NCBI GenBank assembly: GCA_017609985.1
Contig: JAFCCW010000010.1
Span: 1,765 to 65,764, forward strand
Source of the DNA: Candidatus Iainarchaeum sp.
GTDB taxonomy: Archaea; Iainarchaeota; Iainarchaeia; Iainarchaeales; JAFCCW01
DNA length: 64,000 nt
Direction: 5' to 3'
Positions within the stretch are counted from its first letter, which is position 1; each line of letters begins with the position of its first letter. Below are positions 59,357 through 64,000 of this stretch, one piece after another. Made by a program: the position numbers and the translations under genes. A model generated the notes under the pieces. That model was not told where the DNA came from, ran no database searches, and saw only the letters and a list, made by a program, of their open reading frames with translations.

Positions 59357-59836
59357 CTAAATCAGTTCACTAAAATCTTTTATTCCAGTAATTCTTTTAG
59401 TCAAATAAAACCAGGACATAATGATTGCTCCAGCCATTGCATACCAGCTTGCAACATGCACTGCTTCAGCAAAATCAAGTCCCTGGGAAGAGGAAAGAAG
59501 AACAATGTAGACTCTTGCAAGATTCAACAACAGCAAAGCAATGCTTCCTGCAAGAAAAACCAGAATCTTTTTTTTCAAATCAGGTTTTCTAAGAGAAAAA
59601 ACAATTGATGCAAGCACTGCGGATGAAACAAGTCCTGTGCAACTTGCGCCTATTTCAAAGTTTCCATTTTCCATCAACACAAGGTTTTCCTGTCGCTCCA
59701 ATGAAAGCAGACCTGCTTCTGTTTCCGCAATCCCGTTCTCTAATGAATCCAATGGAGCTAGAAAAATCAGTGTCTGAAGCACAAGAAACACTGCAAAAAA
59801 TTTTGCAAGAAAAACAACTGCTTTTTTTTCTACCAT
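59357..59836 (-). CDS. exosortase/archaeosortase family protein
   Basis: multi-TM with SCTG (Cys), NLAR (Arg) and VH (His) catalytic triad pattern. Confidence 0.8.
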   Translation of the reverse strand: MVEKKAVVFLAKFFAVFLVLQTLIFLAPLDSLENGIAETEAGLLSLERQENLVLMENGNFEIGASCTGLVSSAVLASIVFSLRKPDLKKKILVFLAGSIALLLLNLARVYIVLLSSSQGLDFAEAVHVASWYAMAGAIIMSWFYLTKRITGIKDFSELI

Positions 59837-60345
59837 GGAACTCGCTTCATTTTTATCTTAAATGCAATCACGTTAGAAATCTTGTGAACAAGAAGGGTCA
59901 ATATTACGATTATGCCCACTTCCATTAGCTCTGGCATATAAAGAAAGCTTCCAAAAAGCAAGGCCCCCACTACAAAATCTAGCTGGTCTACTCCAAATAA
60001 TGCTTCTCCTCGCTCAATGCTTGCTCGTCTCTTAAAAAAGCTTGCAATAATATCTCCAAGAACAGCACCTAATGCAACCAGTAAACCATAAAGTGCATAA
60101 TTGTCTGTTAAACTAAGAGTATAGCTTGGAAACGAAGTCTGCAAAATCAATCCTGCAAGAGCACCAAAAAATATTCCCGCAACAGTTCCCTGCCATGTTT
60201 TTCCGTTTCCAAAAATTCTTTTGTTGTCTAAAAAATTGAGTCCAAAATCAATTGGAATGTCTCCTCCAAAAACCATTGCACAAGCATTTGCAATATACAT
60301 TGGAGCAATCATTAACAATATCTTTAATAGCAAAAACAAGCCCAT
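59830..60345 (-). CDS. carS: CDP-archaeol synthase
   Basis: PMYIANA, PIDFG, GNGKTWQG, GDIIASFFKRR, DQLDF. Confidence 0.9.
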   Translation of the reverse strand: MGLFLLLKILLMIAPMYIANACAMVFGGDIPIDFGLNFLDNKRIFGNGKTWQGTVAGIFFGALAGLILQTSFPSYTLSLTDNYALYGLLVALGAVLGDIIASFFKRRASIERGEALFGVDQLDFVVGALLFGSFLYMPELMEVGIIVILTLLVHKISNVIAFKIKMKRVPW

Positions 60346-60385
60346 CGAATTACCTATAACCAAAAAACAATTTAAATAGTTCTAG

Positions 60386-61060
60386 TCAAAGAAGAAGAAA
60401 CAAAACAAAAGCAGTTATTGCTCCTGAAAAACTCCCTAAAAAATTAACTTCTGTATTATTTAATTTTCCTTTCAGTTCAAGAGTTGCTCCAAAAAAAGAA
60501 TCAACCAAGCTTCCAACAAAACCAGAGCAAAGAATAATCAGAATGCTCAATGGATTGGAATACCAGTAAAAATGAATTCCTCCAATAATCAAAGCTCCCG
60601 CAATTGAAGCAAGCAATCCAAGAGTTGTTACTCCTCCGTCAGTTCCAGGACTAACTTCTTTGAGATTTGTTATAAGTCTTGGTTTTTTCTTTGAAAGCAA
60701 GCCTATTTCGCTTGAAAGCGTGTCTGCAAGAGCGGCAGCCATGGCCCCAAAAAAAGCAATGTCTATATTTGCAATAAGTGCAATAAATGCAGCACTGCTG
60801 TTTCCAATAATATTACCTGTTGTTCTTTGTTCGTGAGACACAGCTCTGTTTTTTCTGCTGATTCTTGTGCTAATATCTGCCACAACAAAAAATAAGACTA
60901 CTACGAGAAAATGCTTAAAACTTCCAAGTAAATAGAAAAGTAATCCGATTATTATTCCAATAATCACTCCTTTTTTGTCAAGTGATTTTTTTTTGAGCGA
61001 AATTATTGAGAATAAGATAATTATCCCGAGTACGAGCCCAATTTCAAGAAAAAAGTCCAT
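60386..61060 (-). CDS. DUF92/TMEM19 family membrane protein
   Basis: ADTLSSEIG, PGTDGGVT, DSFFGATLE, NTEVN. Confidence 0.9.
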   Translation of the reverse strand: MDFFLEIGLVLGIIILFSIISLKKKSLDKKGVIIGIIIGLLFYLLGSFKHFLVVVLFFVVADISTRISRKNRAVSHEQRTTGNIIGNSSAAFIALIANIDIAFFGAMAAALADTLSSEIGLLSKKKPRLITNLKEVSPGTDGGVTTLGLLASIAGALIIGGIHFYWYSNPLSILIILCSGFVGSLVDSFFGATLELKGKLNNTEVNFLGSFSGAITAFVLFLLL

Positions 61061-61061
61061 C

Positions 61062-61661
61062 TTATTTCACTTTAAGGGTTGCTGTTTTTGCTATTTCAAC
61101 TCTCTTAATTGGTGAAATCTTTTTTGCATTCTTAAAAATTTTAAGAGCAAGCACTCCAAATATTGCTTCTTGTTCAAGCTGTCTAAAGCTCTTTTTTACA
61201 GCAGATTTTTCAACAGCTTCTCTCATAATATGGCTTATTTTTGTTTTCTGGCTCTTATTTGCCTTTTTTGAAGTAATTGTAATTGCTTTAAGCTTAACCT
61301 TGACTTTATCGCTTGTGACAACTGTTTGAACAGTTTCTATCTTGCTTCTTCTTCTTCTAATAATTCTTTTAAGATATGGTTCGTCAACAACATGTCCCTT
61401 TGTTACTGTTAACGCGTTGTCTCCTTGCACGCTTTCAATCATAAAACTAACTGTAATGTGCCTGTGCTTTCTTTCAGCTGTTAATGAGCCAAGATTAACC
61501 TTGAGTGTTCTTCCAATTAAGAGCTCGGGTTTTTCAGAAGGAGTTTCTCCAAGAACTTTTCTGTCAAATTCTCCTGGAGCGATTATCTTAAACCATCGCT
61601 TCTTTTTCCACTTGCTCACAGTTCTTTTTGAACTACTTTTTTTGATTTCTTTTTTTCCCAT
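61062..61661 (-). CDS. rps3ae: 30S ribosomal protein S3Ae (eS1)
   Basis: WKKKRWFKIIAP, IGRT, IRRRRSKI, PIKRVEIAK. Confidence 0.93.
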   Translation of the reverse strand: MGKKEIKKSSSKRTVSKWKKKRWFKIIAPGEFDRKVLGETPSEKPELLIGRTLKVNLGSLTAERKHRHITVSFMIESVQGDNALTVTKGHVVDEPYLKRIIRRRRSKIETVQTVVTSDKVKVKLKAITITSKKANKSQKTKISHIMREAVEKSAVKKSFRQLEQEAIFGVLALKIFKNAKKISPIKRVEIAKTATLKVK

Positions 61662-61665
61662 AAAA

Positions 61666-61782
61666 TCACTTCATTTTTTGAACAATCTTGTCACATTTTT
61701 CAACAATTTCTTCTAGTTCTATTTCCATTTTTTCTTCCAAAAACTTTTTTTCATCTTTTTTAGCAGAAACCAAAAATTCCAT
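61666..61782 (-). CDS. 38-aa hypothetical ORF between rps15 and rps3ae
   Basis: GGTGG RBS; MEFLVSAKKDEKKFLEEKMEIELEEIVEKCDKIVQKMK. Confidence 0.4.
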   Translation of the reverse strand: MEFLVSAKKDEKKFLEEKMEIELEEIVEKCDKIVQKMK

Positions 61783-61797
61783 TAGCCACCAACTCAA

Positions 61798-62253
61798 TTA
61801 TTTTGCGAGAAGCTCTGCGGTTTCCTCAGTATATCTCCAGTCTGCTGGAAGTCTTTTCTTTGACTTGTAATATTTTACTAATCGTCTTATTTTTGAAACA
61901 GTCAACTGATGACCTCTTTTAGCACTATAATCCTTGTTGTTCTCACCCATGTGAGATTTTAATTTAACACTTTTTCTTACCAGATTCATTAAGTCTTCTG
62001 GAATCTCGTCAAGAAGATTTTGTTCTCTTAAAATTTGCTGAACAGTTTTTTCAGTGGCAGCTTTTACATCTGGCACTCCATACTGGTCTCTAAGAATAAT
62101 TCCTATTTCGCTGGGGGAATGACCTGCATTTGCAAGGTTAACTATTGCTTCAGTAATTTCCTCTGCATTAAAGGAAACCCAGCTTGGGTTTTCTCTTGAA
62201 GCAGGCTTTGTAGAGCCTGATTTTCCTCTTTTTCTCGAATGCATTCTAGCCAT
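61798..62253 (-). CDS. rps15: 30S ribosomal protein S15 (uS15)
   Basis: MARMHSRKRGKSGS, IGIILRDQYG, IPEDL, SKIRRLVKYYK. Confidence 0.97.
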   Translation of the reverse strand: MARMHSRKRGKSGSTKPASRENPSWVSFNAEEITEAIVNLANAGHSPSEIGIILRDQYGVPDVKAATEKTVQQILREQNLLDEIPEDLMNLVRKSVKLKSHMGENNKDYSAKRGHQLTVSKIRRLVKYYKSKKRLPADWRYTEETAELLAK

Positions 62254-62361
62254 TAAAACCCCAATCCAATTATTCAAATTTCACCCCTGAATCCTTCCGG
62301 TACACAGGAGAATAACAAAACTTATTATAACAATTCATTGCAAAAAGGTTTAAATAGCTTG

Positions 62362-63057
62362 CTAATGGTATCTTCCTCTTCCTTCAACAATCGCAATTCT
62401 TGAGACAATTTCTTTTTTGCCTTTTTCAGCTAGATAACCTTCTAAAAAAAGTTTCCAGCCATCCTCCACGGAACAATGAGTTGCTTCATAGGTTTTCTTA
62501 AAATTCAACAAATCAACAGCAAAGTCTTCTTCCTTGTTTGTTTTGAATCCCAATCCAAAATCAATGAACGCAATTGTTTTACTCCCAATTGCCTTATTTT
62601 TTGCTGTTTTATTTTCTGTTGTCTTCCTTTTTGTTGTCTTGTCCTCTGTTGCCTTGTTTCCTGATTTATCTTCTTCAACAATCATGTTTGAGGTTGTAAG
62701 GTCTCCGTGAACAATTCCTGCTGAATGAAGCTTGCTTACCTGTTCTCCAGCAAGCCTGCAAAGCAAAACATTTTCCTTGCTTAAACAATCTTTTAATCTC
62801 TCACCCTTAATCTTTTCCATTTCAATCCCTGCATTCTTTTTGTCGATTCTATAGACTGCTGGACTTCGCACTCCTGCCTTCCTAGCTGACTGCAATAGCA
62901 TTGCTTCGTCTCTTGCCCGCTCAAACCTGATTATTTCATCAAGCTCGCTGTTCCTGTATCCTTTTGGAACACGCTCTTTTAACACTGTTTTTTTTCCAAG
63001 ATACTCTGAAGAGAAAATCTTTGCTTCAGCTCCCTGGGCAATAAGTTCTTTTATCAT
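62362..63057 (-). CDS. bud32: KEOPS complex kinase Bud32
   Basis: QGAEA, KERVPKGYR, HGDLTTSNM, IDFGLG, AVDL, RGRY. Confidence 0.93.
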   Translation of the reverse strand: MIKELIAQGAEAKIFSSEYLGKKTVLKERVPKGYRNSELDEIIRFERARDEAMLLQSARKAGVRSPAVYRIDKKNAGIEMEKIKGERLKDCLSKENVLLCRLAGEQVSKLHSAGIVHGDLTTSNMIVEEDKSGNKATEDKTTKRKTTENKTAKNKAIGSKTIAFIDFGLGFKTNKEEDFAVDLLNFKKTYEATHCSVEDGWKLFLEGYLAEKGKKEIVSRIAIVEGRGRYH

Positions 63058-63121
63058 ATACTACTTTTCTAAGAAAAAGAATTTAAATAAGTTAATTTAT
63101 CTAAATCAGTTAATTTGTATT

Positions 63122-63655
63122 TCAACACACTGAGTCTCTGAAAGCATTTATTTCTTCGTATACTTGGTTCAGACTGTTCACTGTTGCAGTAATATTTTCT
63201 TTCAGTGCAGAAACATCCTCTATGCTTGAATAATTTTCTTCAAATTCGTCCAGCTTTGAAACTGCTTTTCTTCCGTGTGAAACAGTTTGACTGAAAAAAT
63301 AGGAAGTCTGGTTAATATGGCTGGTTTCTTCACATTTGATATCGTTCTGTCTGATAAGCCTGTATTCTAGTCTTCCGTTCACGAGTGCTTTGCCCATTTC
63401 CAAAAGCTCAAGCCGCGAATCAATCAATATCTTTACTCCAATGCTTTCCTTGTCAGAGCCAAGCTTTTTTTTGAGTTCCCTTAATTCAAAGTCCATGTTG
63501 TCAATTTCTTTAAGAGAATCAGGAGCAAGCATTGAGTCTTTCAAATAATTTGATTTAATACTCTTAAGCTGACTTTTTCCATCCGATGAACTGATGTTGC
63601 ATCCACTAGAAAAAACAACTGCAAGCAAAGCCAAGATTATAAAAATTTTTTTCAT
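63122..63655 (-). CDS. putative lipoprotein
   Basis: MKK + hydrophobic + SSGC lipobox. Confidence 0.7.
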   Translation of the reverse strand: MKKIFIILALLAVVFSSGCNISSSDGKSQLKSIKSNYLKDSMLAPDSLKEIDNMDFELRELKKKLGSDKESIGVKILIDSRLELLEMGKALVNGRLEYRLIRQNDIKCEETSHINQTSYFFSQTVSHGRKAVSKLDEFEENYSSIEDVSALKENITATVNSLNQVYEEINAFRDSVC

Positions 63656-63687
63656 TTTAATCCATTAAAAAAAGGAGTAACACCTAT

Positions 63688-64000
63688 TTAAATTTGTGCT
63701 TCTACGGAAATTCCTTCACCTGCTTTTTTTCCGTTTTTTCCTGCTTTTCCTTTTGCAAACTCTAGTTTTTCAATCTTCATTGTTTTTGCAATATCCTCAC
63801 TTGCTGTTTTCAAAGCTTTAATTATTTTCTCGTCTTCGCAGAAAACACTTGCTTTTGCTAGTTCCCTGTTCAATGGAAGATTATTGTCTGTTTTTATTTT
63901 TCTGAAAGCAGAAACAACATCATTAATTTGTGCTCCTAATTCTTCCTTTTTTAGGTCAACAAGTTTTTTTTCTGCCTCTGGCCATTCTGAAATATGAATG
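63688..64000 (-). CDS. valS: valyl-tRNA synthetase, C-terminal end (runs off window)
   Basis: IHISEWPEA...VVSAFRKIKTDNNLPLNREL, typical of the archaeal class Ia (ValRS) C-terminus. Confidence 0.7.
   Translation of the reverse strand, partial: IHISEWPEAEKKLVDLKKEELGAQINDVVSAFRKIKTDNNLPLNRELAKASVFCEDEKIIKALKTASEDIAKTMKIEKLEFAKGKAGKNGKKAGEGISVEAQI

Noticed and set aside
5437-63548. Numerous antisense or overlapping short ORFs in the six-frame track (Ser/Phe-rich)
   Set aside because: Shadows of Lys/Glu-rich genes on the opposite strand, with no motifs or RBS.
1-64000. CRISPR arrays, rRNA genes, transposases/integrases, inteins
   Set aside because: No regularly spaced repeats, rRNA-like sequence, DDE/tyrosine-recombinase ORFs or intein-sized insertions seen; DP2, Cdc6 and Hel308 are normal length.

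Overview
Archaeal chromosomal DNA, AT-rich and gene-dense, with BRE/TATA promoters and GGTGA ribosome-binding sites. The gene set and the many basic orphan ORFs suggest a DPANN lineage such as Iainarchaeota/Diapherotrites (inference, not a database result). Housekeeping content: tRNA processing (Taw3, ThpR, CCA enzyme, tRNA-Arg), translation (EF-1beta, eS17, uS15, eS1, NAC, partial ValRS), DNA repair and replication (Rad50, NurA, HerA, Hel308, Orc1/Cdc6, PolD DP2 and a disrupted DP1), aCPSF1, proteasome beta, SecDF, SepF, CarS, a sortase-like protein and large surface proteins. An accessory, partly decaying region spans about 16.8-24.2 kb. Two non-coding signals stand out. (1) A 28-bp Xer/dif-like site at 22797-22824, around which the motif TATACATAA(C) is clustered and switches strand: 6 copies on + to the left and 8 on - to the right in my manual scan. 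This is a candidate KOPS/Ter-like polar system in an archaeon. (2) The motif GTTCACCGGAA lies at a constant 32-bp offset from the TATA box of four promoters (nurA-herA operon, a degenerate PolB, a putative ssDNA-binding protein and a small Zn-finger ORF), a candidate activator-driven DNA-repair regulon. All motif counts are by eye and need computational confirmation.
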